Of a stretch of 64,000 nucleotides of DNA, positions 37,331 through 45,654 are shown piece after piece. Made by a program: the position numbers and the translations under genes. The notes under the pieces were generated by a model. It saw only the letters and a list, made by a program, of their open reading frames with translations. It was not told the DNA's origin and did no database searches. Position 1 is the first letter of the stretch; the number at the start of each line of letters is the position of its first letter. The stretch spans positions 26,017 to 90,016 of the IMG/VR virus record IMGVR_UViG_3300031519_004880. One strand, written 5' to 3'. The DNA comes from a virus (taxonomy: Duplodnaviria; Caudoviricetes).

Positions 37331-38946
37331 TACTTTGCTTTGGCCTTACCAGCTTTCATATTAGCCATCCAATGTGCCATACGTTGCTTTTCGCCACTGC
37401 TACCTTTTGCAGTTTTTCTTAAACTACTTACACTTGCTTTAGTATCAACTCCACTACGTTTGGCTAATCCTTTACGTCCGGGCTTCTTGCCGTCTGCAAA
37501 GTTTTCATCGTAGTGTGCATCTTTGTTTCCACCTGCGTCTTGTGTCTTATAGCCCATCTTCTTTAGAGCTACTTTAATAATTTCATCTTCTTCAGGACTA
37601 AACGGAACAATCATTACATCTGGCTCAGATGGATTAATATCGTCTGGGTCCATAGTATCTGTGTTTGCAAGGTGTGTACCTAGCTTAATAAAATCATATG
37701 CTGTGTCTGACTTTGCTAACGTACTACTTTTAGGATTAGGAATTAGATCACCTTCATTTTTCATAGAGGCAACATTACTAATCATTTTATAGATATCACC
37801 GCCTGCTTTTTTAAATGCTTGTGAAACTTCTTTCTCTGTAAACTTTAAATAATCAACCATGTACATTGCAAGGCCAGCTTCGCCATCGCCTTTGTACATA
37901 TCAATTAAGTCTTGTTCTAAATTACTACTACTTTCGTTAGCATGTATTGCGGCTTGTTGTTTCTTACGCATAGGATGTCCTTTACCGTGGATACCTTTCT
38001 TACGTCCGTCACCTTCTTTCATAGCAGAAATAAGCATGTCTTCTAATTTGTTTAACTCGTCTCTATCAACTTCAAATTGTGTTAATACTTTTTCTAATTC
38101 TTTTTCGTCTTTTGTTTTAATTAACTCGTTATACAGTTTCGTTCCACCGTATAGTGCTACTGCAATACCAACAGCTGGTAATCCGTATCTACCTAGTGCT
38201 TGTGTAACAGGGTGATCTAAGAATCTGTTAGCCCATTTTACTGCATCTCTTACCCAAGGATAAACTTTCCAAGTAGCAGTTAAGAACCCTATGGCCCATT
38301 TATTGTTCCAAAAGAACTTACCAATTTTACCAACAGCCATTAAGCCTCTAAGAGCAGGTACTGCCCATTCGTCTAAACTTTCATCTTTTGTAGCAATGCC
38401 CATACCTTTTCTAACTTGGTCGTACATGCTCTGTGCCATCTGTGCATTAGCAACACCTTGTTTGAAACTATCAAAGTCACCTTCTTGTGCCGCGGCTCTC
38501 ATTTTACTTGCACTCATGCCTTCAGCACCTTCTGCATCGGGATCACGTTCGCCTGCACTTACAATATTAATACTGTTAAACTTATAATCTTTGCCGTTGT
38601 AGTCATTTAATAGTTTAGTAAATGAATCAACTCTATCACTACCTGCTACATACACAATGTCTGTGTAACCTTTAGCTTCTAAATTCTGCATTGCTTGGAT
38701 AATAGTTTTTACTTTAGGATCACCAATTACAACTCCAGGGAAACTCTTCGATGCAAAGTACATCTTCTCTGGAAAAGGTAGTGGATCTGTTTTAGGTTTT
38801 TGTGTTTGGCTTAAAAATAGAAAAGGATCACCTTGTTGTGACTTTACTACGTCAGCTAATTTAGCATGTCCAATAGTGGGAGGGTTCATTCTACCAAATG
38901 CAAACACCGCAGTTTTGGGTGCTTCAAATAACTCTCTTAGAAACAT
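37330..38946 (-). CDS. Cytidylyltransferase-like (HxGH nucleotidyltransferase) domain fused to a long modular tail
   Basis: FGRMNPPTIGH, VAGSDR, RDPDAEG..GMSASKMR. Confidence 0.75.
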   Translation of the reverse strand: MFLRELFEAPKTAVFAFGRMNPPTIGHAKLADVVKSQQGDPFLFLSQTQKPKTDPLPFPEKMYFASKSFPGVVIGDPKVKTIIQAMQNLEAKGYTDIVYVAGSDRVDSFTKLLNDYNGKDYKFNSINIVSAGERDPDAEGAEGMSASKMRAAAQEGDFDSFKQGVANAQMAQSMYDQVRKGMGIATKDESLDEWAVPALRGLMAVGKIGKFFWNNKWAIGFLTATWKVYPWVRDAVKWANRFLDHPVTQALGRYGLPAVGIAVALYGGTKLYNELIKTKDEKELEKVLTQFEVDRDELNKLEDMLISAMKEGDGRKKGIHGKGHPMRKKQQAAIHANESSSNLEQDLIDMYKGDGEAGLAMYMVDYLKFTEKEVSQAFKKAGGDIYKMISNVASMKNEGDLIPNPKSSTLAKSDTAYDFIKLGTHLANTDTMDPDDINPSEPDVMIVPFSPEEDEIIKVALKKMGYKTQDAGGNKDAHYDENFADGKKPGRKGLAKRSGVDTKASVSSLRKTAKGSSGEKQRMAHWMANMKAGKAKAK

Positions 38947-39284
38947 TAATACTCTCCGTCTCTAAGTGCGGTCATTTCCTCGCTAAAGATTATTTCAGCT
39001 AATGATTTAGCATCTTCTTTCGTTAATAGTTCTGATGGGCGTTTGTTAATACCAAACTGTTTACAGTAATGTTCAGCACCTGCTGTAATCATATCTGTTA
39101 AGTCAGTTGGCATAGGACTTTTGCCACCTTGTAATTTAGATTGCATATTACACATTGTTGGATAATACTTTTTACGATAGAACATTGGATCGTTCTTCAT
39201 AAACACTTGCATGTCACTAACGACATCAAATCCTAAATCATTTTCTTTTTCTACTTCAAAATCCGTAAACTCATTAATTCTCAT
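38946..39284 (-). CDS. Putative head protein
   Basis: Start MRINEF at 39284, directly after the upstream stop. Confidence 0.55.
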   Translation of the reverse strand: MRINEFTDFEVEKENDLGFDVVSDMQVFMKNDPMFYRKKYYPTMCNMQSKLQGGKSPMPTDLTDMITAGAEHYCKQFGINKRPSELLTKEDAKSLAEIIFSEEMTALRDGEY

Positions 39285-39285
39285 A

Positions 39286-39879
39286 TTACCACTTCCTACA
39301 TGACCAGTAACGTGCCTTTGTACGTGGTCCTGGATTGTCACAGTTATGTCTTGCTCTAAAGCTCTTACGTCTTTTTGGATTATTCTTTTTGATACTCATA
39401 GCTTTACCTTTAACACTACTTCCGCCGTGTCCAAAGTTAACTTTTTTAGTATTACCTGTCTTGGGATCTTTTACATATACTTTAAATTTCTTGACATCAC
39501 CTTGCATAGGCTTGCCTAGTTTAACTTTACGTCCTTGATACTCTGCTTCGTCTATTGGATCATCATCTTCGTTCCAATGCATAACACCATACTGTTCAAA
39601 GAACTCGTCATCATCGTCATATGTTTCTTCTTCAAGCTCTTCGCCAACACCTGCACTAATTTCAATATCAAAGTCATCGTAACCTTGTTCGAACATATAG
39701 TTTGCTAGTTTGTTAGCATACTCGGTTGATTCTTCTTCTGAAAGTTGTCTTGGTAAAGCAATTTCCCATGCTGTTCCACCTTGCTCAGTTTCGTAAAGGT
39801 CTTGGTCAGGAAAAATACTTTCGTCTAACAACTTAGTTGTTTCCTGTTTTTCCATTACTATTCTTACAAAATGTTCCAT
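39286..39879 (-). CDS. Putative head protein with acidic N-half and basic C-terminal domain
   Basis: IDE/AEYQGRKVKL...KKVNFG...RARH.C...ARYWSCRKW. Confidence 0.55.
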   Translation of the reverse strand: MEHFVRIVMEKQETTKLLDESIFPDQDLYETEQGGTAWEIALPRQLSEEESTEYANKLANYMFEQGYDDFDIEISAGVGEELEEETYDDDDEFFEQYGVMHWNEDDDPIDEAEYQGRKVKLGKPMQGDVKKFKVYVKDPKTGNTKKVNFGHGGSSVKGKAMSIKKNNPKRRKSFRARHNCDNPGPRTKARYWSCRKW

Positions 39880-39887
39880 CTTATCTC

Positions 39888-40226
39888 CTAATGATTTAAC
39901 AGTACACTAGTTACTGTTCCTGATGTATAACTTACCACAGTTCTAACCCAAACAAAGTTTCCTGTAAAGTTTTTAAAATACCCACCATCGGATCCTGTAA
40001 CGCTAGTACCATCAACATCGAACCAGTCGGTCTCAGTTGGTGTTACTGCAAGGGTTCCTTGCATCTTTATAGTTCCGTTGAAAGCTATTAGATTATATTG
40101 TACAGTATGAAAACCATCTGCACGACCGTAGTAGCCATCGCCTTTAAATGCTTCACCTGTGACGGCTTGTGTTGTGCTATCTGCTGGGTGAACGTTCTGT
40201 GTTAATATTGTTATACTATTGGACAT
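39888..40226 (-). CDS. Hypothetical beta-rich virion protein
   Basis: First gene after a late motif. Confidence 0.55.
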   Translation of the reverse strand: MSNSITILTQNVHPADSTTQAVTGEAFKGDGYYGRADGFHTVQYNLIAFNGTIKMQGTLAVTPTETDWFDVDGTSVTGSDGGYFKNFTGNFVWVRTVVSYTSGTVTSVLLNH

Positions 40227-40230
40227 ATAG

Positions 40231-40881
40231 TTATTTATCTAGTTCTGTACTCGATACGATTTTATCGATACGCATGAAGTCTCGCTTTAAAAACAATCTT
40301 ATTAGTGTTATAGTAGCATGATCTTTAACATACATGTACTTTCCTTTTAGATTGTACCCACCTTTAATGTCACTTAATACAACTCCGCCTATCTTAATTT
40401 TGTCTTTATGTTTTAAACAAAATCCAGCTAAGTTAGGATCTGCTGATCCGTTAAGTGTAACCTTATAAGCAAACTTAATAGTGTCGTTAATAATAACACC
40501 CTTAGGAAGATCAGCATTATCTCTGGGCATATGTATAGCACACACAGCATTTAATTTACTGTTTAGTTGCTTAACCCATTCAAAGTTATTAGTGTATATA
40601 CCTAAGTGCCATGTTTCGCAACGTAGCTTATAGTCTTCTTCTTGATTAGTAAATTCATGTAATAGAGTTTGTAAGTCTTTTAGTTCTTCTTGACTTACTC
40701 GTACATCTCTCATTCCTATACGAAGGAACCCATTACCAGTTGCTTGGTCTAATGCACTATCAATTGACTTTCGTGCAAAAGACATGTTCTTATTTCTAAA
40801 AACATGCCCTAGTGCGTTTGACAAGTCTACTTTATATTTGTATTTGTCAAAGAATAGCTTAGTTGAGTCAATCTTGATCAA
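40231..40881 (-). CDS. Hypothetical protein
   Basis: Overlaps the clpA end. Confidence 0.6.
   Translation of the reverse strand: MIKIDSTKLFFDKYKYKVDLSNALGHVFRNKNMSFARKSIDSALDQATGNGFLRIGMRDVRVSQEELKDLQTLLHEFTNQEEDYKLRCETWHLGIYTNNFEWVKQLNSKLNAVCAIHMPRDNADLPKGVIINDTIKFAYKVTLNGSADPNLAGFCLKHKDKIKIGGVVLSDIKGGYNLKGKYMYVKDHATITLIRLFLKRDFMRIDKIVSSTELDK
40232..40239 (-). promoter_or_regulatory. Late motif GATAAATA heading the 34-40 kb block
   Basis: Followed by 5 nt and then ATG 40226. Confidence 0.55.
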
Positions 40882-43126
40882 CAGTTTCTGGCTCCTTAAC
40901 CTTAGACTTAACTGATGTTAAATCAAATGCACCGTCTTTAACATCAATATGTAATGTACCACCGTTTTTCAATTCACCAAACAATAATACTTTAGATAAC
41001 GGAGTCTTAATATCGTTATCAATAACACGTTGTAACGGTCTTGCACCCATTTTACTATCAAAGCCTTTGTCAATAAGGAAGTCAATAGCTTCATCTGAAA
41101 TAGTAGTTTCAACATCTTTGTCAGTTAGCATAACTTTAAGATCAACTAAGAACTTACCTACAATTTTAATCATTGTATTTTTATCTAACTTACCAAATGT
41201 CATAATACCATCAAGTCTGTTACGAAACTCTGGAGCAAAGAACTTTTTAAGTTCACTATCATCGTGATCTTTTTCCATCTCACCAAAGCCAACTGTATTA
41301 GTTTCAGCTTCCGCGGAACCTAAGTTAGTTGTAAGAATCATTACAATGTTTCTACAATCAGCAGTCTTGCCGTTTGAACCTGTAACAAATCCGTTATCCA
41401 TAATCTGTAATAATAGTTGACTAACATCTGGATGTGACTTCTCAATCTCATCAAGCAGTAGTACACAGTTAGGATTTTCTTGTACTTTAGTAATAAGTAA
41501 TCCTGAATTTTCTTCAAAGCCAACGTAGCCTGGAGGTGAACCAATAAGTTTAGCAACACTATGCTTCTCTTGATATTCACTCATATCAAATCTAATTAGT
41601 TTTACACCTAGTTGACTAGCTAATTGTTTTGCAGTTTCAGTCTTACCAACACCAGTTGGACCCATAAACACAAATGAACCAATTGGTTTATTATCTGCTT
41701 TAAGTCCTGCTTGAGCAACATGAATCTTATCTACAATACTATCAATTGATTCGTCTTGTCCGTAGATCTCTGCTTTCATATTATGATTTAAGTTAGCAAG
41801 GTTACTTGTTTCAGTTTCCATAATCTGCTCAGGTGGCAAGTTAATCATCTTAGCAAGTTCAAATTGAATCTCTCTCATGCCAACTACTTTAGACGTATCT
41901 TCTTTAAGTTTAAATCTTGAACATGCAACGTCTAGTAAGTCAATAGCTTTATCTGGTAGCTTCTTATCTGTTTGAAATTTGATACTAAGTTTAATAGCAG
42001 TATCAATAGCGGCTTCAGTAATTTCTACTTTATGAAATTCTTCGTAATACTTTTTAATACCAGTAAGAATATCTTTAGTAACATCTTTACTAGGCTCGTC
42101 AACACTTACACGAGCAAATCTACGCATTAATGCACGATCCTTTTCAAAGAACTTACGATACTCTTCCCATGTAGTTGAAGCAACTACTTTAATATTACCT
42201 TTAGTAAGAATAGGCTTTAACATGTTTGCTAGATCATTTGACTGTCCAGCACCGCCAGCACCAGCACCACTTATCATGTGTGCTTCGTCAATGAACATAA
42301 TAGTCTTGCCTTTCTTTTTAAGTCCAGCAATAACTAATTTAAAGCGTTCTTCAAAGTCTCCACGGTACTTACTACCAGCTAACATACTACCAATGTCTAG
42401 GTTATATACTGAATACTCTTTTAAGAATTCAGGCACTTTACCATTTACAATATTGTATGCAAGTCCTTCTGCAATAGCAGTTTTACCTACACCCGGCTCA
42501 CCAACTAGCAGTACGTTGTTCTTCTGTCGACGACCAAGTGCTAGTGCAATGCTTTCGAGTTCTTCTGAACGTCCAATTACAGGATCAATCTTACCTGTCT
42601 CAGCGTCAATATTAAGGTTTGTAGTAAATGAACGCAATGCTCTAGTAGCCATGCCTTGCATTTCTTCATCTTCATAACTTGCTTCAAGCTCGTTGTTTAG
42701 ATAGTCTGCAAACTTTTCTTTTTCAATTCCTGTTTCACTGATAAAGTATAATGCCCAACTTTTCTTTTCGTTGAACATACTCAAGAACACATCAGTAACT
42801 TCAATGTTGTTGCGTCCGCTGAATAACACTTGAGTAAATGCTCTGTTTAATACACGCTCTACTGCTTGTGTTTTCTTAGGCTTGTACTTTTTAGGTACTT
42901 CGTCCATTAACAAATCAGTGCATTTAGTTTTTAGATAATTTTCAACATTCTTTTTCATAAACTCAGGATCAGCTGTTCCGTATCCTGATACTATATTTGA
43001 AAAGTCTTCCTCGCATAGCATTGCAAATAGCAAATGCTCTAAGGTAAGATACTCATGGCTGAGTTGCTTAGTAACTTCTGTTGCTTTATCGAAGATCTTC
43101 TGTAAGTTTTCGCTAGGTTCAACCAT
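40868..43126 (-). CDS. clpA: ClpA-type AAA+ unfoldase
   Basis: Clp N-domain, GEPGVGKT, FIDEAH, GPTGVGKT, LLDEIEK, VGF ClpP-docking loop and MGARPL. Confidence 0.92.
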   Translation of the reverse strand: MVEPSENLQKIFDKATEVTKQLSHEYLTLEHLLFAMLCEEDFSNIVSGYGTADPEFMKKNVENYLKTKCTDLLMDEVPKKYKPKKTQAVERVLNRAFTQVLFSGRNNIEVTDVFLSMFNEKKSWALYFISETGIEKEKFADYLNNELEASYEDEEMQGMATRALRSFTTNLNIDAETGKIDPVIGRSEELESIALALGRRQKNNVLLVGEPGVGKTAIAEGLAYNIVNGKVPEFLKEYSVYNLDIGSMLAGSKYRGDFEERFKLVIAGLKKKGKTIMFIDEAHMISGAGAGGAGQSNDLANMLKPILTKGNIKVVASTTWEEYRKFFEKDRALMRRFARVSVDEPSKDVTKDILTGIKKYYEEFHKVEITEAAIDTAIKLSIKFQTDKKLPDKAIDLLDVACSRFKLKEDTSKVVGMREIQFELAKMINLPPEQIMETETSNLANLNHNMKAEIYGQDESIDSIVDKIHVAQAGLKADNKPIGSFVFMGPTGVGKTETAKQLASQLGVKLIRFDMSEYQEKHSVAKLIGSPPGYVGFEENSGLLITKVQENPNCVLLLDEIEKSHPDVSQLLLQIMDNGFVTGSNGKTADCRNIVMILTTNLGSAEAETNTVGFGEMEKDHDDSELKKFFAPEFRNRLDGIMTFGKLDKNTMIKIVGKFLVDLKVMLTDKDVETTISDEAIDFLIDKGFDSKMGARPLQRVIDNDIKTPLSKVLLFGELKNGGTLHIDVKDGAFDLTSVKSKVKEPETVDQD

Positions 43127-43653
43127 TATGTTATATATGCTCCAAATCGTTTTAATAATTTTATTTGCTTTTTCTTAGCAATGTCTAGTTTAAGTTTACT
43201 TACCCGGTCTGTAAAGTTAATACCGTATAAGTGATCGTATTCATGTCCTGCAATTCTTGCATTCCATCCTACTAGTTCTATTGTACACTCTTTGTTAGTA
43301 GAGTCAAGATACTCTATTACCATTCCTGTTGGTCTTTTTACTTTAAAAAACAGTAACGGAAAACTTAAACACCCTTCTTCGCCAAGTACTGTGTCTTGAC
43401 TAACTGCTGTAATCTTAGGATTAATTATAGCAAATGGTTTGTTGTCTTCGTGTCCTTTCAACTCGTCTGGTTTCATAACAAAAATCTGTGCATCAAGACC
43501 TACTTGGTTAGCAGATAGTCCAACACCCTTTTCTTCTTCCATAAGTCTAATCATTTCAGCTTCAATCTCAACAGCGTTGTACTTGTCAAAGTCAAACGGT
43601 GCTACTTCTTTTGCTAAAAATGGATCAGGATATCTAACTAGTTTTAGTTTCAT
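43126..43653 (-). CDS. def: Peptide deformylase
   Basis: GVGLSANQVG, EGCLS and HEYDH. Confidence 0.93.
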   Translation of the reverse strand: MKLKLVRYPDPFLAKEVAPFDFDKYNAVEIEAEMIRLMEEEKGVGLSANQVGLDAQIFVMKPDELKGHEDNKPFAIINPKITAVSQDTVLGEEGCLSFPLLFFKVKRPTGMVIEYLDSTNKECTIELVGWNARIAGHEYDHLYGINFTDRVSKLKLDIAKKKQIKLLKRFGAYIT

Positions 43654-44479
43654 CTTGTATTTCTCTTAACTTCTCTCTGGTTAATTCGTTGTCAATTTTT
43701 GGGGTAACCCCTTGTACTTTAATATACAAGTTTCCTGTTTTTCCTAACCGTTTGTTAGGCAAGCCTTGTCCACCAATACTAAAAGTTGTGCCTGGGTTAG
43801 ATCCAGCTGGTACATTAACACTTAGAGTACGTCCGTGGATTGTTTTGACCTGTATATTTGTGCCTAAGATAAAATCAAATAGATTTAACTTTCTCTCTAT
43901 ATATAAATTTATGCCATCTACGGCGTAGTCGGGGTGTCTTCTGACTCGTATAACGACATGTAAATCTCCTCTTGGAGCATTTTGGACAATGTCGCCACCC
44001 ATTCCATGATACCTAACTCTATCGTCATTTTGTATGCCTGGAGGTAAAGTAACGTTCACAGTTTCTTCTCGACCACTTGGCAGTCTATAAGTTGCTATAA
44101 CATCTTTACCAGAAACAATATCCTCCAAACTAATATCAGCGGCAATAGTTATATCTTGGTTACGCATCTGTCGTTGTCTTTGTTGTTGTCCAAACATAGA
44201 CCCAAATATATCTTCAAACTGAGCGCCACCAAATTGTTGTGAGAAGTGACTTTGTTGTTGTGACTGAGCCTGTTGAGGATCAGCAGTTCCAAACTGGTCA
44301 TACATTTGTTTTTTTTGAGGATCTTTTAGTGCTGAGTATGCTTCGTTAACTTTTTTAAACTGAGTATCGTCTCCACCAGTTCTGTCAGGATGATGTTGCA
44401 TACTTTGCTTCTTGTATGCTTTCTTAATCTCTGTTGTTGAAGCGTTGCGAGAAACGCCTAATATTTCATAATAATCCAT
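43634..44479 (-). CDS. dnaJ: DnaJ/CbpA-type co-chaperone (no Zn finger)
   Basis: J-domain with HPD, G/F-Q-rich linker and C-terminal domain with GDL motifs. Confidence 0.9.
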   Translation of the reverse strand: MDYYEILGVSRNASTTEIKKAYKKQSMQHHPDRTGGDDTQFKKVNEAYSALKDPQKKQMYDQFGTADPQQAQSQQQSHFSQQFGGAQFEDIFGSMFGQQQRQRQMRNQDITIAADISLEDIVSGKDVIATYRLPSGREETVNVTLPPGIQNDDRVRYHGMGGDIVQNAPRGDLHVVIRVRRHPDYAVDGINLYIERKLNLFDFILGTNIQVKTIHGRTLSVNVPAGSNPGTTFSIGGQGLPNKRLGKTGNLYIKVQGVTPKIDNELTREKLREIQDETKTS

Positions 44480-44485
44480 ATTACT

Positions 44486-44514
44486 ATTATACGCTTATAT
44501 TAGGCGATTGTCAA
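44486..44514 (-). promoter_or_regulatory. Perfect sigma70 consensus TTGACA-17-TATAAT, leaderless dnaJ geometry
   Basis: TATAAT-AGTAAT-ATG. Confidence 0.85.
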
Positions 44515-44517
44515 GCA

Positions 44518-44715
44518 TTATTTTTTCATTTTGAAGTAGATGAATTCTTCGCCAGTCTCTTCATTCTTAATTGTAATAGCCGGTGCTCCATCTGGAACTT
44601 GCTTACCAACATAATGCCAAGTCATTCCGTCTTTTGAGTCTTGCTCAACTGCATTAAAGAACTCTGCATTAGTACCAACAAATAACCCTGCCATTAGTAT
44701 AATTCCAAAAACCAT
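44518..44715 (-). CDS. Small protein with N-terminal hydrophobic anchor
   Basis: MVFGIILMAGLFVG, with its own promoter. Confidence 0.55.
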   Translation of the reverse strand: MVFGIILMAGLFVGTNAEFFNAVEQDSKDGMTWHYVGKQVPDGAPAITIKNEETGEEFIYFKMKK

Positions 44716-44756
44716 TTTTATTCCTATTCTATTTTGATGTCTTATTACGTCGACAT

Positions 44757-44785
44757 ATTATACAACATAATCAGTCGGAAGTCAA
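44757..44785 (-). promoter_or_regulatory. Sigma70-type promoter TTGACT-17-TATAAT
   Basis: Exact spacing. Confidence 0.75.
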
Positions 44786-44788
44786 GTA

Positions 44789-45163
44789 TTATTTTTTACT
44801 AGACCCTGTGTACAGTCCGAACCAAGCCGCTCCAGCACCTACAACAACACTAACTAATCCTGATTGTTCCATAGTTGCTTCTCCGCCTAACCCCATGTAC
44901 CAATGTACTACTTGATATAGTAACACAATGTAAACTGTAATAAAAATACGTGGAAAAATTCTCCATTGATCAAATGCACGAGCAAGGTGTATCCAACGAA
45001 CATATGGATTTGGTCCTAGATCTTTTACAGTTGTATCAACTTCTAAGTCTAGTTTAACTTTGCGTGTTGTACTCTCTTGAGTTGCAACAACTACTGCATC
45101 ATGTTTTGGTTCAACTGCTGGCCCAATGGGCTTATCTAAGTCTTCAAGTTTCTTTCTTGGCAT
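44789..45163 (-). CDS. Two-TM membrane protein (holin candidate)
   Basis: Two hydrophobic helices, in the lysis region. Confidence 0.5.
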   Translation of the reverse strand: MPRKKLEDLDKPIGPAVEPKHDAVVVATQESTTRKVKLDLEVDTTVKDLGPNPYVRWIHLARAFDQWRIFPRIFITVYIVLLYQVVHWYMGLGGEATMEQSGLVSVVVGAGAAWFGLYTGSSKK

Positions 45164-45587
45164 TTTTCATTTCCTCTATATTCTCTTTGTTAGCTTTAAT
45201 TGCATCAGTCTGTGCCTGATCAATCATATCTTGTATGCGTCTACCTTTCTCAGCATCGGTATCTAAGTGCAAATTTTTATTGATAACTTTTTCTAACTTG
45301 TGAAACTTAATACGGTCGTTCGGAATGTATCTCCAAGTATATCCTTTAGCAGTATATACTCCAAACACACTTTCACGTAACCCTACTTTAACTATAATAG
45401 CATCTTCATCGTCTAATATAATAGCATCACCTTCATTAAACGCAGGATTCATTTTAAACTTTAATCCTTGCATTAAATTTGTAGCAAAGTCTTTAAACCA
45501 AAAGGCCGCACTAATCGAAATTAGTATAGCGATCCACGGAGCCAGTACATCACCTAGGCTCATTCCAAATTGGTCAAATATATTCAT
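45144..45587 (-). CDS. MscS-like membrane protein (TM plus middle beta domain only)
   Basis: FKDFATNLMQG...FNEGDAI...IVKVGLRES...YIPN. Confidence 0.65.
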   Translation of the reverse strand: MNIFDQFGMSLGDVLAPWIAILISISAAFWFKDFATNLMQGLKFKMNPAFNEGDAIILDDEDAIIVKVGLRESVFGVYTAKGYTWRYIPNDRIKFHKLEKVINKNLHLDTDAEKGRRIQDMIDQAQTDAIKANKENIEEMKNAKKET

Positions 45588-45593
45588 CACTAG

Positions 45594-45601
45594 TATTTAT
45601 C
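45594..45601 (-). promoter_or_regulatory. Late motif GATAAATA
   Basis: Followed by 6 nt and then ATG 45587. Confidence 0.55.
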
Positions 45602-45611
45602 AGTCATAAGG

Positions 45612-45643
45612 AAAGGTTGTCCAAAATAAATTGAACAACCTTT
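45612..45643 (-). terminator. Intrinsic terminator-like hairpin
   Basis: 13-bp inverted repeat AAAGGTTGTTCAA/TTGGACAACCTTT (one G-U pair) after the stop at 45655. Confidence 0.65.
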
Positions 45644-45654
45644 GCTTAGTTTAC

